A stretch of DNA of 64,000 nt from a virus (taxonomy: Duplodnaviria > Caudoviricetes), in IMG/VR virus record IMGVR_UViG_2706796753_000001, positions 95,838 through 159,837 of that record, one strand, 5' to 3'. The notes under the pieces were generated by a model that was not told the DNA's origin, made no database searches, and worked only from the letters and a program-made list of their open reading frames with translations. Made by a program: the position numbers and the translations under genes. Every line of letters begins with the position of its first letter. Within the stretch, counting starts at the first letter, position 1. Shown piece by piece: positions 20,172-30,459 of the stretch.

Positions 20172-21458
20172 TTGGCAAATGAATTAAAGATTGAGGGCTA
20201 CGCAGGTACAGCAGCAGTAGTCATGGGTTATTTGAAACGAGAGAATCAGAAGATTTCTAAAGCGGACTTTAATAGGTTAATCAAAGGCTACGGTTATGAC
20301 TCTGTTACGATGGACGAGATTAAGAGCCTAGCGAAAGATATTAATAATGATACGCTATTGTCAACAACATACCACATGGCACTAGAGGGTAAATTAACAT
20401 TAGATGATGTTCAACCTATCACGATTGAGGGTGCTGTGAAAGAGGCTGACGTATTCTCAATGGTAACACCTTATATCATGGAGAAACAAGGCTCTATGGA
20501 GTTCTTACGCGAGTTTAGAAAGGTGCAAAGAGATGGTACAGCTCTTAAGATACTAATGGAAGACTTAAAAGAGTCATTAGCAGAAGAGCTAAAAGATTTA
20601 CCAACACCTAAGTATCTTAAAACGGGGCAGATGGTTCAAAGATTCCACAACGGTAAAGCTTTAATCATTGCCTTCTCAGATTGGCATGTAGGATTAGAGA
20701 CATTTGGTTCTCGAACAGGTAACTATAACTTCGATAGGTTAGCTACATCCGTAAACTCTATTGTGGATTGGGCTTTAGAACAGATGGATGAGCGTACGTT
20801 CGAAGAAGTCCATGTCGTGTTCTTAGGAGACTTAATTGAAAACCAAGTTATGCGTAATACACAATCATTCGACTTAGAGTTCCATATGGCAGCGCAGATT
20901 TCTAAATCTTTAAAACTGATTACAGAAATGCTCCTTAAGCTATCAGAGAAACAACATATCAACTTTAGTATGATTACTGGAAATCACTCACGATTCTTCC
21001 AAAATAAGAATGATAATTTACATAATAACAACGTAGAGTATATCGTACTAGATAACTTGTTCATGCTGCAAGAGACCTTAGGACAACTTCCAAACGTTAC
21101 ATTACATGATAACCGTGAAGATATGGATAGATTCGATATTGATGTAGTAGGTCACCGTATTGTAGGCGTTCATGGAGATAAGATGCCTAAAGGTAAAGAG
21201 AAGATTCCAGTGTACATGAAGGATGGTATTGAAATTTCAATCCTATTATCTGGTCACTTACACTCGACAGAAATTGTACAAGAGTCTTATTCTCGATTAC
21301 ATACGCAAGTAGGTTCAACTGTAGGAGAAAATGATTATAGCCGCAGCTTGAATTGTCCGATTACAAGTCCTGCTCAGATGGCTATCGTGCTTACTAGAGG
21401 ACGACATACGAAAGAATTAACACCATTAATCTTAGGAGAAAACGGAGAGATTGCATAG
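20172..21458 (+). CDS. Calcineurin-like metallophosphoesterase (nuclease-like)
   Basis: SDWH, LGDLIE, GNH, HGD and GHLH motifs in order. Confidence 0.88.
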   Translation: MANELKIEGYAGTAAVVMGYLKRENQKISKADFNRLIKGYGYDSVTMDEIKSLAKDINNDTLLSTTYHMALEGKLTLDDVQPITIEGAVKEADVFSMVTPYIMEKQGSMEFLREFRKVQRDGTALKILMEDLKESLAEELKDLPTPKYLKTGQMVQRFHNGKALIIAFSDWHVGLETFGSRTGNYNFDRLATSVNSIVDWALEQMDERTFEEVHVVFLGDLIENQVMRNTQSFDLEFHMAAQISKSLKLITEMLLKLSEKQHINFSMITGNHSRFFQNKNDNLHNNNVEYIVLDNLFMLQETLGQLPNVTLHDNREDMDRFDIDVVGHRIVGVHGDKMPKGKEKIPVYMKDGIEISILLSGHLHSTEIVQESYSRLHTQVGSTVGENDYSRSLNCPITSPAQMAIVLTRGRHTKELTPLILGENGEIA

Positions 21459-21482
21459 TCTCTCCTAAAGGAGGAAATTATA

Positions 21483-21890
21483 ATGGCGCAACATCCGAAT
21501 TATCAACCAGCACCTATGGGATTACCTTCACTATATACCGATAATGAAAACTACCCTTATAGACTAGCTGTAGACCCACCAACTGAAAAAGACGATTTTA
21601 TTGACCTTACTGGGAAAGATGATTTTATTGACATCCCGTTACATGCAGAGTCAGAAGGTAAAGTAGATGGGAGACTTGATGCTATATCAGTAACTGAGGA
21701 CTATCGTAAAGTTATCAATTTCAATGCTTGGTTAAAGCCTCACGATTCTAAGGTCAATGATGCTGATATCCATCTTAAGTTGGTGCGAGAACTGACTACA
21801 GAAACTATTGAAGACTTAATGGAGTCTGCTGAGTTATCTGAGGTAGAGATAACAAGAGTAACTATCGATACAACGAGATATAAAAATTAA
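21483..21890 (+). CDS. Hypothetical protein
   Basis: AAAGGAGG RBS; short internal repeat KDDFID x2. Confidence 0.7.
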   Translation: MAQHPNYQPAPMGLPSLYTDNENYPYRLAVDPPTEKDDFIDLTGKDDFIDIPLHAESEGKVDGRLDAISVTEDYRKVINFNAWLKPHDSKVNDADIHLKLVRELTTETIEDLMESAELSEVEITRVTIDTTRYKN

Positions 21891-21902
21891 AGGAGGACAT
21901 TC

Positions 21903-22289
21903 ATGAGTTTATCACATGATTATCTATTACTATTTTACTTTGTATTAGCGCAGCTATTAGTAATCTACTTCTGGAATATTAAAGGGTTAATCGATAACGT
22001 TAAAGAGATTAAAGAGAAGGGTGAAACACCACTAACAACGCGTAGTGCGATAGGTGTCGTGCTTTCGTTTATTGTTGAAGCCCTTACCTCATTCTTAGTC
22101 ATCGCAGCTCTAGACACTGTTGTAGACTTATCGCTAAATGTATTCGTCACAATCGGTGCAGTAATCTTAGTAACTATTTTAAGAAACATTGTAGCGTATC
22201 TAGTAATGTATGGTTACTGGGATAGTATTGTTAAAGCCACAGAGAAAAAAGTAAAACAAGAATTGCTGCAAGAAATCGGAGAAGAGTAA
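21903..22289 (+). CDS. Membrane protein (3 TM)
   Basis: Three hydrophobic segments. Confidence 0.7.
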   Translation: MSLSHDYLLLFYFVLAQLLVIYFWNIKGLIDNVKEIKEKGETPLTTRSAIGVVLSFIVEALTSFLVIAALDTVVDLSLNVFVTIGAVILVTILRNIVAYLVMYGYWDSIVKATEKKVKQELLQEIGEE

Positions 22290-22363
22290 AATCTTCTCTT
22301 TTTTGTTGACTTTTTATAAATGCTATATTATACTTAAAGTATAATTTGAAAGGGGAGATATCT

Positions 22364-22696
22364 ATGAATGAGTATTTACTGAGACAGTTCGTTGAGCTAA
22401 GTGTTTACAATGAAAAGAGTTTAGAACAGACGGGTTTAAAACTTATGGAAGAATCGGGAGAAGTTGCAGAAGCTCTTTTATCGTTTACAAATGCAGCAGG
22501 AAGTACATATAAAGCTAAGGACTACCATGATTTAGTAGAAGAATTAGTTGATGTAATTATGGTAGCGCAATCTATGTTGTATCGCTTAGGTGCTAGTGAT
22601 GCTCTAACAGATGAAGTGTTAGAAAAGAAAATTAAGAAGTGGGCGGCTACGACTGCTGTGAAAAAATTCGTGGAGGATGACAGTTATGACGACTGA
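22364..22696 (+). CDS. mazG: MazG-like nucleotide pyrophosphohydrolase
   Basis: LKLMEESGEVAEA...EELVDV; own promoter TTGACT(22306)-17bp-TATACT. Confidence 0.85.
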   Translation: MNEYLLRQFVELSVYNEKSLEQTGLKLMEESGEVAEALLSFTNAAGSTYKAKDYHDLVEELVDVIMVAQSMLYRLGASDALTDEVLEKKIKKWAATTAVKKFVEDDSYDD

Positions 22697-22934
22697 TATT
22701 AGAGAAGCTGTAGTAGAAGACCGAGAGATTAAGTCGAAATATAAAATTAAATTTGGTGATAGCCCTACGCAAGCAGAAATGGGTGAGGAATTTATTGAAC
22801 TTATGCGAGCACCTACAGCAGTAGAAGTACAAACACTCCTTGACTTGAACGGAGCTACTATGTGTATAGTAGAGGAAATAACATCAGATGCACGTATGTA
22901 TAGATATAATGACGGATGGATGTAGGAGGTAACT

Positions 22935-23561
22935 ATGGAAATTAAAGAAAGTACAAATGATATTTTTAATCTATCAAACAAGAATATTACATACTATAAG
23001 CGTGGGTGCTTATCTGCTGACGGTGAACCTCATTACATTGTCGAATTGGTCAAAGAGCCTAATAATGTGATTTACGCGGTTGTATATGACGTTCACACGC
23101 CACATCCCAAAGGTCAGGGGTTACAACCTAAAAAGAAAGCAAAGCGCGTGAAAGAGCATATGAATAGGTTTAGCACGACAACGCTACTAGGTCGTATCGC
23201 GAATAAAATGGTACGAGCTAAGTATAACGAGAAATGGGTTGAAGAACCGCCGTTATTTGTAGCTCCTGTTGTTCTAGGGATATCTACATTAAGTGGTAGA
23301 CAGGGAGCAGGATTCTATGAACGAGAAAAGGACGAACTAAAACCTAAAGCTGGTGAGCTTGTTATGGTTCGAGGAGAGAATACAGGAGTGTTTGTGGCTC
23401 TTGATGACATTCACTGGTTCGGAGATTTTTCAGTACCAGTAGAATCAATTATCAAAGCTATCATTAAAGAGCAAGAGCAGAAGAGTGACTTCTATGATTT
23501 AACAGGGGATAACGATGATACAAACAATCCTCTATCAAGATACTATAAAAATTTGGAGTGA
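22935..23561 (+). CDS. Conserved hypothetical protein
   Basis: AGGAGGT RBS, 208 aa. Confidence 0.7.
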   Translation: MEIKESTNDIFNLSNKNITYYKRGCLSADGEPHYIVELVKEPNNVIYAVVYDVHTPHPKGQGLQPKKKAKRVKEHMNRFSTTTLLGRIANKMVRAKYNEKWVEEPPLFVAPVVLGISTLSGRQGAGFYEREKDELKPKAGELVMVRGENTGVFVALDDIHWFGDFSVPVESIIKAIIKEQEQKSDFYDLTGDNDDTNNPLSRYYKNLE

Positions 23562-23566
23562 TTACG

Positions 23567-23692
23567 ATGAGTCTGTGGTGTTTATTAGGTATTCATAAAT
23601 GGAAGTTAGTAGATACGTATAAGAGTACAACAGTAATCCTAACTAAAGAGAAGTGTGCAAGATGCTCTAAAATAAATATAATTTCTTGGTAG
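23567..23692 (+). CDS. DUF1660-like Zn-binding peptide (41 aa, not in track)
   Basis: MSLWCLLGIHKW...CARC with GGAGTG RBS. Confidence 0.6.
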   Translation: MSLWCLLGIHKWKLVDTYKSTTVILTKEKCARCSKINIISW

Positions 23693-23698
23693 AACCAT

Positions 23699-23727
23699 TT
23701 GACATAAAGTAAAATAGATGATAGTAT
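23699..23727 (+). promoter_or_regulatory. sigmaA-type promoter (class 1)
   Basis: TTGACA-17bp-TAGTAT with TG extension; precedes small ORF 23749-23913 and 23910-24290. Confidence 0.7.
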
Positions 23728-24286
23728 ACTAATAGGAGGTGATAGTACATGAATGCTATCTTGAAAGCGCAGTTACGAAACGGTATTGCTTATCTAGAAA
23801 GAACTGGGGAACAGCCTAGTTTTGACTGGATGATAGAAGTAGCAGAACGACATAACTTATCACTAGTAGCTATAAAAACTATTTTCAAAGAATTAGAGGA
23901 GGATATGCTATGAAATTCTTAAAGGACTTATTCAATTTTAAAAAGAAGCGAAAGGTGTACAACCACCATCCATTCAGAGGGTTTATCTTTCTGGATGAGG
24001 GTAAATACTATGCAGATATCTTTCAAGTAGAAGTAAAGGAACGACAAACACTATTTGGTAAAGAAGAGTCGTACATGGAGTATGACATTTACCCAGATGT
24101 TCCAGTTCCTGTTGCTCATAAGAGCGATAAAGGTAATTACGGATTACTGTTCCATGCAACTGTACGAGCTGGTGGTTATAAAGATGCTCTACGTAAATTA
24201 GCTAACAAAATCGACTGGGATAGAAAGGTTGAGAGTGACTTCGACTTCGCGGAAGGGTTGCACTACGGTACGGAAGAAGGGGTAAA

Positions 24287-25009
24287 ATGACAATTAAGTT
24301 TTACGAAGAGGATATTAAGCAGCTTATCCTTGAGAAGAAACATGTATTCATTAAAGACAAAGATACACAATCCGCAGTACTATTTGAGAAAGGTTTAGAC
24401 GTGAATAGCGTAATCGCAGACTGTTTAATCTTTACTGGTGATGGTAATATCATCGGAGTGGAGATTAAGACCGAGCGAGATAGTACAAAGCGATTGAACA
24501 AGCAGCTTAAATCTTATAGCAAAGTATGTGACTATGTATATGTTCTTTGTGAGGACAAGCATGTGGACAAAGTAGAAGATATTTTACATAACTATAATCA
24601 TGCAGGAGTAGGTATCATTGCCTACACAGAATTTAAAGGAGAACCTATTCTAGGTGTCTATCAACAAGCTACGAAGTCTCCTACTAAAAGCGTAGTAACA
24701 GCTTATATGAGTCTATTTTGGAGAGAAGAGCTGCTAAATATTGCAGGTTCATTTAAACGACAGGTTAGTACGTTGGAAGAGAAAGGACTTAGTGTAGCAA
24801 AGGCAGATAGTCGAGGAGCTATAGGAATGAATGGCTTACTTGTTCAATCATCTGTAAGTAAACGAATGAAGAAGCCACAGATAGCTAAGACAATCGTTGA
24901 TAGACTAGGAGAGTACAAAGCAAATCATCTATTGTGCAACATTTACATAAATAAGAAGCTTCACCCTGAGAAGAGCCTTCAATATCACCACTTTAAAGGA
25001 GATGAGTAG
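24287..25009 (+). CDS. PD-(D/E)XK nuclease-fold protein (sce7726-like)
   Basis: IAD....GVEIKTERDSTKRL.KQL..YSKVCDYVYV. Confidence 0.75.
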   Translation: MTIKFYEEDIKQLILEKKHVFIKDKDTQSAVLFEKGLDVNSVIADCLIFTGDGNIIGVEIKTERDSTKRLNKQLKSYSKVCDYVYVLCEDKHVDKVEDILHNYNHAGVGIIAYTEFKGEPILGVYQQATKSPTKSVVTAYMSLFWREELLNIAGSFKRQVSTLEEKGLSVAKADSRGAIGMNGLLVQSSVSKRMKKPQIAKTIVDRLGEYKANHLLCNIYINKKLHPEKSLQYHHFKGDE

Positions 25010-25751
25010 TATAGGTAAGATTATAAACCCCGCTGATAGGGTGGGACAAGTAGGTACTAATAACTATGGCTCTAAGATGACTGTAATCGAATATAAAGAC
25101 TATCAGAACGTGACGGTTAGATTTGAGGATGGTTACGTAGCTACGGGTACATGGCAGCAGTTCCAAAGAGGTGCGATTAAAAGTGCGTATGATAAAAGTG
25201 TAGCAGGTGTAGGTTATATAGGAGAAGGGGATAACATAAATCCAGAAGTGTACAAACATTGGAGAGGCATGCTCACGAGATGCTATGATGATGGTACTAA
25301 AGAACGTCAAAAGTCTTATACTAGTTGTGTAGTTGACTCTGAGTGGCATAACTACCAAAACTTCGCTAATTGGTATAAAGATAATATGTATGTTGTGGAA
25401 AATGATAGATTAGAGCTAGATAAAGACTTATTAGGCAAGGGCAGTAAAGTATACTCTAAAGATACCTGTCTACTTTTACCTTCTAGGATAAATAAACTAT
25501 TAATAACGAATGAAAGTAGACGAGGAGACTTACCCGTAGGTGTTGTCCGTCATCACGGTAAATTTATAGCACAGGTCAGGGTTAATGGTACGAAAAAGTG
25601 GTTAGGTACTTTCGATACTCCAGAAGAAGCGAGCAAGGCGTACGTTTTAGGTAAGGAAGAAGAAGTTAAACGCTTTGCTCATGAGTATAGGGATGTTATA
25701 CCTACGAAGGTATTTGAAGCGTTAATGAATTATAAACTATTATCATTTTAA
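25002..25751 (+). CDS. Free-standing HNH-type homing endonuclease with C-terminal AP2 domain
   Basis: W.GML.RCY, W..YQNF..W, LDKDLL..YSKDTC..LP..IN, AP2 KFIAQV..KWLGTFDTPEEA..AY. Confidence 0.85.
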   Translation: MSSIGKIINPADRVGQVGTNNYGSKMTVIEYKDYQNVTVRFEDGYVATGTWQQFQRGAIKSAYDKSVAGVGYIGEGDNINPEVYKHWRGMLTRCYDDGTKERQKSYTSCVVDSEWHNYQNFANWYKDNMYVVENDRLELDKDLLGKGSKVYSKDTCLLLPSRINKLLITNESRRGDLPVGVVRHHGKFIAQVRVNGTKKWLGTFDTPEEASKAYVLGKEEEVKRFAHEYRDVIPTKVFEALMNYKLLSF

Positions 25752-25765
25752 AGGAGAGGAATAAT

Positions 25766-27883
25766 ATGGCTAGTGAATTTGTGGAAGCAGTAGCAAAGAT
25801 TATGTCAAGTGTAGATTTACCACCTAAAGGAGATAAAGTTCGTGTTACTGGTACAGGAGACGATGATTATTTAATGGTAGAGGTTTTTGGAGCACAATAC
25901 GGAGATTTAGATAGATATGAGTACAACTTCATTAAAGTAGAGAAGTTAAAGAAACAGTTAGAAACTTTAGGATTCCATATTGAAGAACGTTATCTTAAAC
26001 TACCAGTTAACGTATATAAGGTTAACGATTGTGATTGGGTAGCTGCTCATTGCGAAGGTTCTGCTAAAAAATACTACATGGAAGAGATTTTAGGAGTGTA
26101 TGAAGGGGATACAGCAGGTGTCGAAGACTTTAATGAATACTATGAAGGTGAAGTACCACTAACGGATACAATGTGCTTAGGTATCGATGAAGTACCTTTA
26201 CGTGATATCCAGATGTATAACTTCGAACTAGCAGAAGTGTATTCAGATAAAGTAGTTAGAGTGCCATTCTGGTATGTGTTACGAGACCACATCTTTGAAG
26301 AGCCATTCGTAATCGCATCATCGGAGGCTTGGTAGGATGAAACTAACCCAAAACCAAAAGCTATGTAGATACCATGCTAACCAGATGTGGGAAGAATATC
26401 CTGACATGACGCTCATCATCCAAAATGTAGACAGCGTGTACGATTGTGACGAGTGCATGCTGTTAGCAAAGGGATTATTAGAGACTTTACAGAGACATCC
26501 CGAAGCGGTGGAAGAGGCTAAGAAGTTGGTGGAAATATCGAATGAAAGATAGCACAACAAAGCGTTCAGTATCAAGAGGACATGGAGCAAGGGGAACGTC
26601 AGGACTTAATAATAACGGTGCTGACGCCCATGCTAATGCCCTTAAGAAGACGACAGGCAAGTTTAGACCATCTTTCGTAGAGATGTATGATAACGTTACC
26701 GAGAAGGACATAGCACTAAAAGAGACGTATGCACTAGACCTAGTATCAAAGCATATGAACACTCCTAGAGAGATGATTCAATTAGAAGGTAAAAGGAATG
26801 GAGAAGTTGTAACTTTAACTTGCCTTGATGAAGTGTTCTATGTTAGAATAGGTACAAGCGTAATAGGTAAGATGAGTATTCGTGTTCAGCGCAGCTACAA
26901 GTCTCGTAGTTTACTATACATATTTCAAGAGAGAGTCCTAAAAGATAAGAAAAAGACTGAACACTATAAGAAGAATACGACATTTAAACAGAAATCAAAA
27001 GGAGAGATTGCACATGACAACAGAAAAGTCTACAGAAACAGTAAATAGTGGGTTAGCGCAGCTAGATAGTTTGATTCAAAGTGAGGAAAGAAAGATTATC
27101 GGTGTTACTTATACAAATGATTTCTTCTCTAGTAACCCATTAGCACGTGCTCACGTAATGAATGATAGACTACAAGTAACAGAAGACTCCCTAGAAATCG
27201 GATTCTTCATGCGATTAGAGTACAATACGCTACCAGAACTTGAAAACACACTAGAAGTATTAGCTCTTAATGATGCTGGAGATGTAATGGGTTATATCGC
27301 TGACGGGGAAGTATGGGACAAACCTAACCTAGAAGAGCGAATTACAGAGAATTATAGCTTATTTACAGCCGATGTATTCTTAAAAATGAAAGAACCTAGT
27401 GTTACTTTTGAGGAGATTGAGATTCTAAATAAAGTATATACGCTTGCAGCAGTAACACATAAGATTGTATTAGATGCAGATGCGTTCTTTGAACAAACGA
27501 TTAAGCTGTTATTCGGGTATGAAGGACAGCTAACAATTCTATCAGACTTCGCGAATAGAGAGGCATCAATTATTTTAGGGACAGAGATGCAAAAAGTTAT
27601 TAAATTACTGGAGAACGATAACGTATTAGGTAAAGCCATTACAGGGGCGGTATATCATCATGCGTACGGGCATAGCGTAGTCTCTACAAATAACGAAATG
27701 ATTAAAATCTTAAGTACTCCATCAGGAATCTACCTAACAGGTGATGAATCGGAAATTTTTGTGGCAAATAGGTTCTTTGATTGCGCTCATGCATCAGTAG
27801 ACTTACATGATACTGATAAGACTCGTAGCATCTCCTTCAACGGTGCTTCTGATGATACGTTAGAAATCTTTATCGAAATCTAA
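25766..27883 (+). other. Hypothetical genes 25766, 26337, 26542, ~27014
   Basis: Contiguous ORFs with RBSs. Confidence 0.7.
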
Positions 27884-27916
27884 AGGTTTTAGGTATTTTA
27901 AATACTTTTTTAATTG

Positions 27917-27952
27917 CAAAAAGCTCTACTATCTTGTGGGGTTTTTTGTTTT
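27917..27952 (+). terminator. Rho-independent terminator
   Basis: AAAAAGCTCTAC..GTGGGGTTTTTT. Confidence 0.6.
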
Positions 27953-28205
27953 GATTAAAACGCTTTTGTTTACGATTATCTTAAACGGTTTGTTTTTGTT
28001 CAAGAAATACGAAATAACCTCGATTCTAAAAAGTACACAACCTAGAGAATAAATGAACATTTTTCATGAAAATTCCGAAAAGTAGGTTGCATTTACTATA
28101 TTATACATAGAAGGTAAAAAGCCCATTAAATCAATGTTTTTAATGAGAAATCCCCTATGCAAGATATACGTAAAATTAAAACTATTAGAAAAGAGGACGA
28201 ACAAA

Positions 28206-28901
28206 ATGAGTAAAGATAAAAAACAATTAGTAGCAGGAAGCGTGTTAGTACAGCTTTATAAGAATAAGAAATTATGCACGAAAGTAGATAATATGTTGGA
28301 TGAAGGTAAAACATATGAATACATTATCGAGTTCTGTAAGGAGCAAGACTTCTCAATCTCTAAATCTTCTTTAACAAACTATAAAAAGAAACGTGAGGAA
28401 GCGATTGAGCTAGGCGTTCCGTTAATTACTTTACTAGATAAACGTGCAAAAGATAACGTTACATACATATCTGAAAAACGTGTAGAACTATTTAATGAAC
28501 AACAAACCGCAGCAGCTAATCCTATCGGAGCAGTTGATACAGTAAACAAAGTATTTAATGACATCGAGTTCTTAGATGAAGTTATCCAGAAAGGTTTCAG
28601 AGGATTAGAAGAGTTTGACATTGTAGACATCCCATTAGCAATGAAAGCGATGGAGATTAAAGCAAAGATTACAAACAATGCTCTAGGTGGTTTAAGTGTA
28701 TCAGCGCTTAAGGAAATGGCTATTAAGGTAAGAGCAAAAGAATCCGCACTTACAGAAGTGGTTATGAAATATGTATCGGAAGACAAACATGACCAGTTAT
28801 TCGCAGACCTACAGGCAGCAGAGCAAGAATTCTATGCGAACTTAGACCTAACAGAAGAGGATAAGAAAATCAAAGAAGCTATGCAAGCATTCGGAATTTA
28901 A
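28206..28901 (+). CDS. HTH-containing helical protein, candidate small terminase-like
   Basis: N-terminal HTH (LDEGKTYEYIIEF..ISKSSLTNY), helical body, late-type motif upstream. Confidence 0.45.
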   Translation: MSKDKKQLVAGSVLVQLYKNKKLCTKVDNMLDEGKTYEYIIEFCKEQDFSISKSSLTNYKKKREEAIELGVPLITLLDKRAKDNVTYISEKRVELFNEQQTAAANPIGAVDTVNKVFNDIEFLDEVIQKGFRGLEEFDIVDIPLAMKAMEIKAKITNNALGGLSVSALKEMAIKVRAKESALTEVVMKYVSEDKHDQLFADLQAAEQEFYANLDLTEEDKKIKEAMQAFGI

Positions 28902-28912
28902 GGAGAGATAAA

Positions 28913-29416
28913 ATGAGTATACCTATTACAGATACTTCATATGAGAAGTTAGCCTACGAAAGACTGAGTACCCTTGATGAGAGGGTACAAGCTCTTCTAG
29001 ATGGAAAGACTATCATTATACGAGAGTTTGAGAAGTTTGAAGGAGCAGATGTTGTCGTTAGACTTAATCGTGATGAAGTGAGAGGATACGCGCTTACACA
29101 GATTAGTTACGATATTGCTAGAGATAAAGATGAGAAACGATTCTGGAGAACATTTAATGTAGGATTACTAGATTTATCGGTACTAGACGTATACGTAGTA
29201 ACTGATACTTCTGTGTTCCTAGAGACAAATAAATACAAGATAGGAGATATCGTAGAGTATGTATCAGAAGAGGGTGGTAAGGACGTCGCACTTATCATAG
29301 GAATCTATCGAAGTAAAGACCCTAACACACCAAACACCTACGCATATCAACTATCACGTGAACCTAACTTCTTATATAAAGAGGATGTAGTCACACCATC
29401 TAAAGGACGAATTTAA
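28913..29416 (+). CDS. Hypothetical protein with C-terminal SH3/YorP-like barrel
   Basis: KYKIGDIVEY...ALIIGI...YAYQL...LY.E. Confidence 0.6.
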   Translation: MSIPITDTSYEKLAYERLSTLDERVQALLDGKTIIIREFEKFEGADVVVRLNRDEVRGYALTQISYDIARDKDEKRFWRTFNVGLLDLSVLDVYVVTDTSVFLETNKYKIGDIVEYVSEEGGKDVALIIGIYRSKDPNTPNTYAYQLSREPNFLYKEDVVTPSKGRI

Positions 29417-29442
29417 TTTCGTTCTTTTTTTTATTTTATGTG

Positions 29443-29471
29443 TTGACTTTAAGTAAAACGCATGATAAGAT
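29443..29471 (+). promoter_or_regulatory. sigmaA-type promoter (class 1) after a terminator
   Basis: TTGACT-17bp-TAAGAT; hairpin-U at about 29402-29432. Confidence 0.8.
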
Positions 29472-29877
29472 TAAGACAAGTTAAAGAGAGGAGCGAGAAC
29501 AATGTACGTAGGAACAAAAACCGAATGGATAATTATCATATTAGTGTTACTAGCTCTTATGGGTTCAGTAGGGCTGTTGATTGGATGGCTAATATGGGGT
29601 TAAGAATACATAATGGATAAGGAGGAGCTATAATGACAGTAGTATTTAATAAAGCAGCACGTGAAATAAACATAACGGGAACAGACTATAGTGATATCGA
29701 CATCAGTTATAATGGTAAACTTGCTGGAGATGACTTTTTAATTGAGTTGCAGAATTATCACGATATGAACTATGTTAACGCACCGATTGCTAGAGAGGAT
29801 ATTCCTAAAATCATAGAATATCTTTGCTACCTGTATAACTATCAAGGAGAACCTGATAACTAAAAGGAGGAAAATAA

Positions 29878-30456
29878 ATGGGACAAGCTATTAACCTATT
29901 AACGGATTTTGAGGAAGAAAAGGTGGTTGTGACCGATAAGATTGTGAAGCCGCCTAAAGGTTCTAGAGTACCTCTAACACCAGAACAAGAGCAAGGCGTA
30001 GTTAAGATGTACAAGAATGGTGCTAAGGTAGAGGACATTAAGGAAAAGTTTAAAATTGCTACTGGAAGGGTTTATCGTATTCTACGACGTAATAATGTTG
30101 AACGTCGATTACCACAGTACAGCAGCGAAGGCGTATCACGGATGCTCACATTAACAGATTGGGAGAAAAAGAATATCGTAGATGACTACATACGTAAAGT
30201 TCCTATTCTAGTAATCATGGACAGATACGGTATCAATAAGCCAACTCTGTACTATGTATTGGATGAGCGACAAATTGTTCGCCAAACAGAGAAGGACGAT
30301 GAAGAAGAGGTTCAGGTATCTCCAACTAAAGTATTCACGAGTGGACAAGCTACTACTAACGAAGTAGATTCATACATACAGGATAGAACGCTATACATAC
30401 GAGTACATAAAAGTAAGAAAGAAATTGATAAAGTACAAATCGAATACTTAAAATAA
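29878..30456 (+). CDS. Tandem HTH DNA-binding protein
   Basis: Two repeats: MYKNGAKVEDIKEKFKIATGRVYRIL and DYIRKVPILVIMDRYGINKPTLYYVL. Confidence 0.75.
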   Translation: MGQAINLLTDFEEEKVVVTDKIVKPPKGSRVPLTPEQEQGVVKMYKNGAKVEDIKEKFKIATGRVYRILRRNNVERRLPQYSSEGVSRMLTLTDWEKKNIVDDYIRKVPILVIMDRYGINKPTLYYVLDERQIVRQTEKDDEEEVQVSPTKVFTSGQATTNEVDSYIQDRTLYIRVHKSKKEIDKVQIEYLK

Positions 30457-30459
30457 TGT

